64,000 nt of DNA from Thermoplasmata archaeon (GTDB taxonomy: Archaea; Thermoplasmatota; Thermoplasmata; UBA10834), in assembly GCA_020696365.1 (NCBI GenBank), contig JAEHCM010000006.1, forward strand, positions 19,484 to 83,483. The letters are read 5' to 3'. Made by a program: the position numbers and the translations under genes. Of the stretch, positions 56,032-64,000 are shown piece by piece. Below the pieces are notes generated by a model that saw only the letters and a program-made list of their open reading frames with translations, made no database searches and was not told where the DNA came from. The first letter of the stretch is position 1, and each line of letters starts with the position of its first letter.

Positions 56032-57714
56032 ATGAATGGTTCGAGGGCCGTCGTGGAACTGCTTGAAGGACAGAAGGTCGAAGTCCTCTTCGGTATACCG
56101 GGAGGTGTGCTCCTGCCACTATACAACGAGCTGGTCGACACAGATATGAGGCACATACTCCCCAGGCACGAGCAGTGCGCTGCTCACATGGCTGACGGAT
56201 ACGCACGCGTGTCGAAGCGCCCGGGCGTGTGCATAGCCACATCTGGGCCGGGGGCGACGAACCTTGTCACCGGGGTAGCCACCGCATTCATGGACTCATC
56301 TCCGTTGATTGCATTGACGGGGCAGGTGGCGACCGGCGTCCTCGGGAATGACGCATTTCAGGAGGCCGATTCATTCAGTCTGATGATGCCTATCACGAAA
56401 CACAACTTCAGGGTAACAGACCCGGAGACCCTTCCAGAGGTGATGAAGAGGGCATTCCTGATCGCTACCACCGGCAGGTACGGTCCCGTACACGTCGACC
56501 TGCCTATCGACATACTCCAGGGGGAGATATCGGATGACGCAATGAGGAAGCCGGTCAGGGTGCCGAAGCCGAAGCGCAATCTCTCCGGCCTGCTGGATGC
56601 TATCAAGCTGCTCGAAGGAGCTGAGAGACCTACCATCCTCGTTGGGGGAGGAGTCTCGTGGTCGCGAGCGGGTCCTGAGATTGCACAGCTCGCCGATCTC
56701 CTCATGGCGCCCATCGTGACGACCCTGATGGCCAAGGGAGCCATCCCGGAGGACCATCCGCTCGTCCTTGGGGTTTGCGGAATGCATGGCCGGCAGGTCG
56801 CGAACTATGCCCTCAACAATTGCGATATCCTTCTGGCCATAGGAACCAGGTTCAGCGACAGGGTGACCGGAAATCTGAGTGAGTTCGGCAAGAACACGAA
56901 GGTCGTGCACGTCGACATCGACTCGTCTGAGATAGGCAAGAACGTCAAAGGCAGGGTCGGCCTCGTCGGAGATGCTTGGACCGTTGTGAATGCTCTGATT
57001 GCGGGCCTTCTGAAACGAAAGAAGAGATCGACCTGGAAGGATCGCATCATCGAGCTGAAGAAGGAATGCACCTGCGACTACAACCTAAGATCCGACCCGA
57101 TCAAGCCGCAGAAGGTCATACACGAGCTCTCAGACCTCCTGCCAGAAGATGCCATAGTCACGACGGAGGTGGGTCAGAACCAGATGTGGGCTGCGCACTT
57201 CTTCAGATGTCACGGCAAGCGGATGTTCTTCACGTCCGGTGGCCTCGGTACCATGGGGTTCGGGTTCCCGGCCGCACTCGGGGCCAAGGTTGCCCGGCCC
57301 GAGAGCGTCGTCGCGGACATCGCTGGTGACGGGAGCCTGCAGATGGTCTCCCAGGAATTCTCCACGGCGGTCGAGAACGACATCCCGGTGATGATATGTC
57401 TGTTGAACAACGGATGGCTCGGCATGGTCAAACAGTGGCAGAAGCATTTCTACGGATCGCGCTATCTGGCGACTAAACTCGGAAAATCACCGGACTTCGT
57501 GAAGCTTGCGGAAGCATACGGGGCGGAGGCTATAAGAATAGAGAAGCACTCCGAGGTTGCCGAAGCCATCAAAAGAGGCACAAGATCCGACGTGCCGATC
57601 CTGCTCGACTTCATAGTTGATCCTGAGGAGGATGTACTGCCTATGACGCCGCCCGGGAAGAGCTCGGCCGAGTGGATAAAAGGCAGGTGCCAATGGAAGG
57701 GAGGTGTCAGGTAA
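56032..57714 (+). CDS. ilvB: Acetolactate synthase large subunit
   Basis: FGIPGG, RHEQCAAHMADGYAR, TSGPGATN, GDGS...NNGWLGMV ThDP motif; SD GGAGGTG. Confidence 0.95.
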   Translation: MNGSRAVVELLEGQKVEVLFGIPGGVLLPLYNELVDTDMRHILPRHEQCAAHMADGYARVSKRPGVCIATSGPGATNLVTGVATAFMDSSPLIALTGQVATGVLGNDAFQEADSFSLMMPITKHNFRVTDPETLPEVMKRAFLIATTGRYGPVHVDLPIDILQGEISDDAMRKPVRVPKPKRNLSGLLDAIKLLEGAERPTILVGGGVSWSRAGPEIAQLADLLMAPIVTTLMAKGAIPEDHPLVLGVCGMHGRQVANYALNNCDILLAIGTRFSDRVTGNLSEFGKNTKVVHVDIDSSEIGKNVKGRVGLVGDAWTVVNALIAGLLKRKKRSTWKDRIIELKKECTCDYNLRSDPIKPQKVIHELSDLLPEDAIVTTEVGQNQMWAAHFFRCHGKRMFFTSGGLGTMGFGFPAALGAKVARPESVVADIAGDGSLQMVSQEFSTAVENDIPVMICLLNNGWLGMVKQWQKHFYGSRYLATKLGKSPDFVKLAEAYGAEAIRIEKHSEVAEAIKRGTRSDVPILLDFIVDPEEDVLPMTPPGKSSAEWIKGRCQWKGGVR

Positions 57715-58077
57715 ATGGAAGTCATCATGATGCTCACGTATGACCAACCAGGCGTGATGCAGCGAGTAATGGCCGAGTTCACGAGGAAGAAGATCAACGT
57801 GGACACCATCATCGTTGGACCTTGCGAGATGCCGGATAGGTCCCGGATAGTGATCTCGCTCAGGGGCCGCGAGATGGCCCTGGGCGTCATCGAACACCTC
57901 AGGGGGCTCCAGGAGGTCATCGAGGCCGACATGGTCGACCACAGACGTCATGAGGGCTACGCCGTCATGCTCAGCAAGGGCGGCGTGTGCCGCATCACGG
58001 GCACCGTGGAAGAGGTGGAAACCGTCATCAAGAAAAGTCAGCCAGACAAGTACATAGAAGTCGTCAATGCGATCTAG
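57715..58077 (+). CDS. ilvN: Acetolactate synthase regulatory (ACT) subunit
   Basis: DQPGVMQRV...INVDTI ACT motif; abuts the ilvB stop. Confidence 0.75.
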   Translation: MEVIMMLTYDQPGVMQRVMAEFTRKKINVDTIIVGPCEMPDRSRIVISLRGREMALGVIEHLRGLQEVIEADMVDHRRHEGYAVMLSKGGVCRITGTVEEVETVIKKSQPDKYIEVVNAI

Positions 58078-58098
58078 GATCCGCGCAAAGGTGATAGA

Positions 58099-59079
58099 AT
58101 GGCCAAAATATACTATGACAAGGACGCCAGCCTCGATGTTCTGAAAGGAAAGAGGGTGGCAGTGATCGGATACGGAATACAGGGAAGGGCACAGTCGCTC
58201 AATCTGAAGGACAGCGGTGTAGATGTCGTCGTTGCCCAGAAGTTCAAAGACGAATACTACGAGCGGGCCAAGACCGACGGAATGGAGATAATGGACATAC
58301 CTGAGGCGGTGAAGGGTTCGGACATCGTCATGATGCTCATCCCTGACGAGGTGCAGAAGGAAGTCTACGACAAGGAGGTTGCACCACATCTGCGAGAGGG
58401 CATGGTGCTGGACTTCGCCCACGGTTTCAACATACATTTCAAACGGATCGTCCCGCCCGAATTCATCGATGTGATCATGGTCGCCCCGAAGGGACCTGGT
58501 GCACTGGTCCGCGAGACTTTCGAGGCGGGCAGCGGCGTCCCTGCGCTCATCGCGGTACATCAGGACCACTCGAAGAAGGCCAAGGAGACCGCATTGGCCA
58601 TCGCGAAGGGCCTAGGCGCGACGACGAAGGGGGTTATCGAGACGTCCTTCGAGGAGGAGACGGAGACGGACTTGTTCGGCGAACAGGTCGTGCTGTGCGG
58701 CGGCGCGAGCGAATTGATCGGGTCAGCGTTCGACTTCCTCATCAGGAGCGGGTACCAGCCCGAGGTCGCCTACTTCGAGGTGCTTCACGAGCTCAAGCTC
58801 ATAATAGACCTCGTTCAGAAGGGCGGAATCGAGGGCATGTGGAAGAATGTGTCCAATACCGCCGAGTACGGGGGCCGGACCAGAGGCGCCAGGATCATAG
58901 ATCCTGCGACAGCGAGCGCGATGAAGAACGTCCTCGCGGACATCAAGTCGGGCGGGTTCGCCAAGGAGTGGGTGGACGAGTACGAGGCGGGCATGCCCAC
59001 ATTGACGAAGCTCAGGCAGGAAGGCGCCAAGTCACAGATAGAGGTCATCGGCACTGACATAAGGAAGATGTTCAAGTAA
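58099..59079 (+). CDS. ilvC: Ketol-acid reductoisomerase
   Basis: IGYGIQG, MVAPKGPG, ETETDLFGEQVVLCGG, SNTAEYG. Confidence 0.96.
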   Translation: MAKIYYDKDASLDVLKGKRVAVIGYGIQGRAQSLNLKDSGVDVVVAQKFKDEYYERAKTDGMEIMDIPEAVKGSDIVMMLIPDEVQKEVYDKEVAPHLREGMVLDFAHGFNIHFKRIVPPEFIDVIMVAPKGPGALVRETFEAGSGVPALIAVHQDHSKKAKETALAIAKGLGATTKGVIETSFEEETETDLFGEQVVLCGGASELIGSAFDFLIRSGYQPEVAYFEVLHELKLIIDLVQKGGIEGMWKNVSNTAEYGGRTRGARIIDPATASAMKNVLADIKSGGFAKEWVDEYEAGMPTLTKLRQEGAKSQIEVIGTDIRKMFK

Positions 59080-59145
59080 TAGCGCTCCTGACTGGCTTCG
59101 GATGCAGAAGTAATAGATACCCGATGGCCGAATCTCCTCGGAGGA

Positions 59146-59952
59146 GTGAGAACGGATTTGAGCGATGACGTTGTACCTGGTGGGCTCTTCGGCAAGTTCG
59201 CGGCCGACGGCAGGACCTTCGTCGGCACGGTCCATGACGACAGTGTAGTCGAGTTGGACACGGACCGAATGTCTGACCTCTTCGACGGCTCGCCGGGACG
59301 CACCGTCAGGTCCCACAATGCTGGCGCAGTGAAAGTGCTGGCTCCGGTCGACCGACCATCCAAGATAATCTGCATCGGGCTGAACTACAGGAGCCACATA
59401 AGTGAGATGGGCTGGGAGGCACCCTCCTCTCCGATATTGTTCACCAAACCGCCCTCTGCCATTATAGGCCAGGGCGAGGACATAATTCTTCCATCAATGT
59501 CGAGAAGAGTCGATTACGAGGGCGAGTCCGCGACGATCATCGGCCGTCGCGCGAGCCATGTATCGGATGGGAGCCAGTTCATTTTCGGATACACCGCGTT
59601 CAACGATGTAACTGCCCGGGACCTGCAGAAAGCGGATCCAGACTGGACCAGAGCGAAGGGGTTCGACACGTTCGCTCCCATCGGGCCTCTGATCTCAACA
59701 ACTCCTCCGACGACCGTAACGACACGCCTGAACGGGAAGACTGTGCAGAGGTCGCCAACAAGCGACAGGGTTTTCGACGACTACACCCTTGTGGAATACA
59801 TCTCAACCATCATGACCCTCGAGCCGGGCGACATAATCGCTACCGGGACGCCATCTGGAATATCCCCGATGAGCGAAGGCGATGTCGTCGAGGTCGAGCT
59901 CGACGGAGTCGGGATATTGAGCAACTCCGTGAGAGAGTCCGGGGTTCGATGA
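59146..59952 (+). CDS. Fumarylacetoacetate hydrolase family protein
   Basis: KIICIGLNY, FTKP, DYEGE, NDVTARD, KGFDTF, TGTP; start uncertain. Confidence 0.88.
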   Translation: MRTDLSDDVVPGGLFGKFAADGRTFVGTVHDDSVVELDTDRMSDLFDGSPGRTVRSHNAGAVKVLAPVDRPSKIICIGLNYRSHISEMGWEAPSSPILFTKPPSAIIGQGEDIILPSMSRRVDYEGESATIIGRRASHVSDGSQFIFGYTAFNDVTARDLQKADPDWTRAKGFDTFAPIGPLISTTPPTTVTTRLNGKTVQRSPTSDRVFDDYTLVEYISTIMTLEPGDIIATGTPSGISPMSEGDVVEVELDGVGILSNSVRESGVR

Positions 59953-59967
59953 AGGGGTTGATGCTGT

Positions 59968-60891
59968 ATGCTGATCCAACCAACCGAGAAGATATGGAAG
60001 AATGGCGAGTTGATCCCGTGGAAAGAAGCAACCGTGCATGTACTGAGCCATGGGCTTCACTATGGCACTGGCGTGTTCGAGGGAATAAGATGCTACGAGA
60101 CCCAGACGGAGCCTGCGATATTCAGGCTCAAGGAGCACATGATAAGGCTCCACGCGTCCGCCAAGACCATCAACCTGAGCATACCGTATCCTGTCGATGT
60201 GCTTTGCAGGGCCGCGAAGGACGTCATCAACGCGAACGGCCTGAAGGCAGGCTATATTCGCCCGATCTCGTTCTTCGGTGTTTCAGGCATAGGGGTCAAC
60301 CCGTTTGATTACCCCGTAGAGACGTTCATCGCCGCTTTTTCGCTCGGAGCGTATCTCGGGGAGAAAGGCGTCAGAGATGGCATCCGCATCCACACCTCGT
60401 CATGGAGGAGGATATCGAGCACGGCCGTCCCCGCCACCGCCAAAGTTTGCGGAAGCTACCTCAACAGCGCGCTGGCCGTCATGGAGGCCAAGCAGAACGG
60501 ATTCGACGAGGCAGTCCTTCTCAACGACGAAGGCATGGTCGCCGAGGGGTCTGGAGAGAACATCTTCATGGTGAGGGACGGGCGCGTATTCACGCCTCCC
60601 CTTAATGCAGGGATACTACCAGGCATAACACGGGATTCGGTCATGATACTCGCAACGGACCTTGGCATCACGGTTGAAGAACGCAACTTTGTCAGGAGCG
60701 AACTCTACCTGGCGGACGAACTCTTCTTCACAGGGTCTGCAGCGGAAGTCACCCCGATCAAGGAAGTCGACAGACGTCAGGTCGGCGATGGAAGACCCGG
60801 GCCGGTCACAAAGAAGCTCCAAACTAGGTTCCAGGAAGTTGTATCGGGAAAGAATGGCAAGTATGCCTCATGGTTGGACCCCGTCCGCTGA
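59968..60891 (+). CDS. ilvE: Branched-chain amino acid aminotransferase
   Basis: LHYGTGVFEGIRCY, AKVCGSY, EGSGEN, ILPGITR. Confidence 0.95.
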   Translation: MLIQPTEKIWKNGELIPWKEATVHVLSHGLHYGTGVFEGIRCYETQTEPAIFRLKEHMIRLHASAKTINLSIPYPVDVLCRAAKDVINANGLKAGYIRPISFFGVSGIGVNPFDYPVETFIAAFSLGAYLGEKGVRDGIRIHTSSWRRISSTAVPATAKVCGSYLNSALAVMEAKQNGFDEAVLLNDEGMVAEGSGENIFMVRDGRVFTPPLNAGILPGITRDSVMILATDLGITVEERNFVRSELYLADELFFTGSAAEVTPIKEVDRRQVGDGRPGPVTKKLQTRFQEVVSGKNGKYASWLDPVR

Positions 60892-60956
60892 GCGGCAACT
60901 GTTATATACTGCACAACACGTGACTGTGTCTGACGATTGTCATACGACAGGATGGG

Positions 60957-61253
60957 ATGAACGTCATGCGGACTATGTTGAATAAACTCGTGAGCCAGGC
61001 AGACCAGAACGGAGTGACTTTGGCCGAGATCATGGCAAAGGAGTTGTCTCCTGGAGAGATCGACCGGATGCAACAGTACCTCCGCCGAGAGATGAACGAC
61101 AACTACTCTGCGATCGAAGGCTTCATGCAGGACATCGATGTGCCTGGCACTTACGATTTCAGCTCGATGGACGAGTCGGAGTTGGCCAACCTTCAGGTAA
61201 ATCTCTTGGAGGCGCTGTCTGACACGTCCACCCTCGCATCATCCGAGGCCTGA
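60957..61253 (+). CDS. Small acidic hypothetical protein
   Basis: TATA-like TTATATA at about 60902; its 3' end overlaps the convergent cheR by 61 nt. Confidence 0.45.
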   Translation: MNVMRTMLNKLVSQADQNGVTLAEIMAKELSPGEIDRMQQYLRREMNDNYSAIEGFMQDIDVPGTYDFSSMDESELANLQVNLLEALSDTSTLASSEA

Positions 61254-62095
61254 AACGCCGCCTGCTCGCTCTCAGACTTCCTGAAAATGCGGTTCTCGTG
61301 GTCGACCACATCAAATAGGCGTCTAGGAGACCCCATCAGAGTCTCTGTCCGGCCCAACATCAGAACCCCTCCTGGCCTCAACGCCGTGTGGAAGTTCCTG
61401 ACGAGCACGTCGTGCATCGGACGCGAGAAGTATATCACGACGTTCCTGCAAACGATGAGGTCGATGTACTTCTGGCTAGGGCTGTCCAACAGATTGCCCT
61501 CAGAGAATCTCGTCATCCGTCGTATGCTTGGTGAGACCTGGTAGCCCGAATCATCCTTGGTGAAGTGCTCGGAGAGTATGTCCTTCGGTATCGCCTTCAC
61601 CTGTGCCTCGCTGTAAACCCCCTGTGTGGCAACGTTCAAAGCAACCTTAGAGAGATCAGTACCCTGAATCCTCACGACCAGGTCACCGCCCTTCTCGCTC
61701 TTCTTGAGCTCCTCGGCGACGCATATCGCGATCGTGTAGGTCTCCTGCCCGGTGGCACATCCGGCGCTCCATATTCTGAGTGTGCTCCAGCCGAGATCCA
61801 CCTTGAGGGAGGCCAGAGGCCTGATCACTTGTTCTGTCAAGGCCTCGAACGCCCCAGTGTCACGAAAGAAGTCCGTCACATTCACCGATAGGGCTGCGAT
61901 GAGTTCGTTCATCTCGTCCTCGCTCTTCCTCAGAAGAGCGATATATTCCATCGCGTGTCTGCACCCGGAACGTCCCACGCGCTTCCTGACGGCACGAGCG
62001 AGGAACGACCTGGAATACCCGCTGATGTCGAACCCTCTGGTTTTCAGCAGGTGTCGTCTGATGAGATCATATGACTTCTCTTCGTCGGCTTCCAT
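61193..62095 (-). CDS. cheR: CheR-type protein-glutamate O-methyltransferase
   Basis: [40 protein letters not shown]. Confidence 0.92.
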   Translation of the reverse strand: MEADEEKSYDLIRRHLLKTRGFDISGYSRSFLARAVRKRVGRSGCRHAMEYIALLRKSEDEMNELIAALSVNVTDFFRDTGAFEALTEQVIRPLASLKVDLGWSTLRIWSAGCATGQETYTIAICVAEELKKSEKGGDLVVRIQGTDLSKVALNVATQGVYSEAQVKAIPKDILSEHFTKDDSGYQVSPSIRRMTRFSEGNLLDSPSQKYIDLIVCRNVVIYFSRPMHDVLVRNFHTALRPGGVLMLGRTETLMGSPRRLFDVVDHENRIFRKSESEQAAFQASDDARVDVSDSASKRFT

Positions 62096-62308
62096 CAGGC
62101 AGTCTATTGTCCGTCCTCTAGATATTTCTTCTCAGGGAGAGACCAATCACCTCTCTCGCGCCCAAGAAGCAGGTTATCTAAGAGCGAATTCTGGACGACA
62201 TATTTTTATATAGACCGTACCAATTTTGATATCCATGCAAGAGCTTCTGGGTTCGAGCGAACCGTCCGTCATTCGGGGCTCTTACATCGATATTGTGATG
62301 GTGGTGCA

Positions 62309-64000
62309 TTGAGGATACCTTTGACACCGAAGTTGATGGCGATTATACTCACCCTGTCGCTTGTACCGATTCTCGTCGTGAGCTACATCTCGATCTCCGA
62401 GATGAGCCAGATGAGGAGCGACATGAGGGTCCTTTACGACGAGAACTTGGTGGTCGTCTCAGAGATAGCGAACGCGGAAGCATCTCTTCTTACGGCAGAT
62501 GTCTCGTTCAGACAATATGTGCTCGAGTACGGCACGCCCGGCGCGAACGACTACTACAACGTGATGTTCGATCGACAGAACATATTCTCACAATTCCTGA
62601 CCGACTTCCGGACCACATACACCTTCGAGGTAATGCCAGGCATGCTGACCGCTATCGAGGAGATGGACAGAGGAGACTTAATCATCTCTCAGCAGTCCAA
62701 CCTCCGGAGCCTGCAGATATCATGGAACGAGTACACGAACTGGACTGGCGCGACGATAGATTACCTGAGAGACGACGCACTCAGCGAATCCGTCGATGCC
62801 AGGAAGAATGCTACAACATATCTCGAGAACATGATGGACGAGCTCGAGAATCTGATAGAAGACACGACGGAGGCAGCGGCGCTCATGGATGAGCGCGCGG
62901 AGAGCACGATCGAACAAGGCATCTCCTACCTTATCATGAGTGGATCCGTGGTCGGAATCATGGTCGCGGTAATCACTCTCTACGTCTCGTCCCGTATCAC
63001 GGCGCCCATTGTCGAAGTATCCGAGCGGGCCAAGATAATCGCTGAAGGGAACTTCACGGATCGACTGGACACGAAGGTGCCTGACGACGAGGTCGGCGAC
63101 CTCGTCAGGTCCATGAATCTGCTCATCTACAACACATCTGAACCCCTCCGGAAACTCACGGAGAGCGCCCGAGCCATCTCAGAGGGCGATTTCTCGATGG
63201 AGATCGATGTCCATGCGAGAGGCGACCTCGCGACGCTTGTCGATACCTTCAGGATGATGAAGGACCGGCTGGCGAGCATCACTGTAGAGATAAGGGGAGC
63301 ATCCAAATCGCTCAAGGACGCATCGACCCTCCTGGCGGAGACGACCAAAAGCATAACCGATGGGTCACAGCAGGTGTCCGCGTCCATGTCGCAGACGTCC
63401 AAGGGCGCTGAGACGCAGGCATCCAGGGTAGAGGAGATGGTGAAGATGCTCGGGGAGCAGACGAAGGCCATCTACGATGTCGTGCAGAGCGCGCAGAACG
63501 CAGCAAGAGCTTCCGAGGACGCGAGCGATGTCGCTCAGAAAGGAAGCAGATCCATACATGATTCCCTTGAGAAGATGAGTTCTCTTCTCAGGAGTGTGCA
63601 GGAGACCTCGGCGTCTATGCAGAATCTCTCAAGGAAGTCTCAGGAGATATCCCAGATAGTGAACATCATCACCAACATAGCACAACAGACCAACCTACTG
63701 TCCCTAAACGCAGCGATAGAGGCTGCCAGGGCAGGTGAACACGGTAGAGGATTTGCGGTCGTCGCGGACGAGGTTCGCAAACTGGCTGAAGGGTCCAGGA
63801 AGGCAGCAGACCAGATTCAGGAGCTCCTGCAATCGATTGGGAACGACATAGGAGAAACCTCTGAGAAGATGAGTAACACCAGCAAGGATGTCAATGACAG
63901 CGCTACGACCATCTCGGAGTCGCTGAGATCCTTGGAGGACATCGCAGCCACTGTCGAAGAGACCGCAGCGATGGTTCAGGAGATCAGCGCCTCGACCGAG
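62309..64000 (+). CDS. Methyl-accepting chemotaxis protein, 3'-truncated by the window
   Basis: Not in the ORF track because it has no stop. Frame read by hand: TTG start after GGTGGTG, TM1, helical sensor, TM2, two HAMP-like repeats, [35 protein letters not shown]. Confidence 0.93.
   Translation, partial: MRIPLTPKLMAIILTLSLVPILVVSYISISEMSQMRSDMRVLYDENLVVVSEIANAEASLLTADVSFRQYVLEYGTPGANDYYNVMFDRQNIFSQFLTDFRTTYTFEVMPGMLTAIEEMDRGDLIISQQSNLRSLQISWNEYTNWTGATIDYLRDDALSESVDARKNATTYLENMMDELENLIEDTTEAAALMDERAESTIEQGISYLIMSGSVVGIMVAVITLYVSSRITAPIVEVSERAKIIAEGNFTDRLDTKVPDDEVGDLVRSMNLLIYNTSEPLRKLTESARAISEGDFSMEIDVHARGDLATLVDTFRMMKDRLASITVEIRGASKSLKDASTLLAETTKSITDGSQQVSASMSQTSKGAETQASRVEEMVKMLGEQTKAIYDVVQSAQNAARASEDASDVAQKGSRSIHDSLEKMSSLLRSVQETSASMQNLSRKSQEISQIVNIITNIAQQTNLLSLNAAIEAARAGEHGRGFAVVADEVRKLAEGSRKAADQIQELLQSIGNDIGETSEKMSNTSKDVNDSATTISESLRSLEDIAATVEETAAMVQEISASTE

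Noticed and set aside
62235-62312. 25-codon uORF ([25 protein letters not shown]) overlapping the MCP start
   Set aside because: No clear compositional bias tied to the downstream function; short ORFs of this size arise by chance.
1-64000. CRISPR arrays, rRNA genes, IS transposases
   Set aside because: None seen by eye.

Overview
A GC-rich archaeal chromosome segment. Thermoplasmata-like ancestry is inferred from the archaeal-type MAT, FEN1, deoxyhypusine synthase, PPAT-NTPase fusion, class II HMG-CoA reductase and repeated DUF835 domains. Housekeeping genes include ileS, fen, rnz, pheT, tmk, dys, mvk, HMGR, ilvBNC/ilvE and three tRNAs. The window also holds a peptide/amino-acid scavenging region, a 5.3-kb element integrated in tRNA-Ile, and the edge of a chemotaxis locus (cheR plus an MCP running off the window). 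Main candidates: (1) an unlisted 28-codon Ile/Val/Leu-rich upstream ORF placed about where transcription of ilvB-ilvN-ilvC should start, resembling a bacterial attenuation leader; (2) a six-gene operon (thiolase, catalytically degenerate HMG-CoA-synthase homologue, DUF35, two-subunit CoA transferase, GSAM-like aminotransferase) divergent from lysine 2,3-aminomutase, suggesting a beta-lysyl-CoA catabolic shortcut; (3) an integrase whose C-terminus changes between integrated and excised states; (4) DUF835 domains on both IleRS and a ~1690-aa coiled-coil protein. Product calls rest on motif recognition by eye. No database searches or folding calculations were run.
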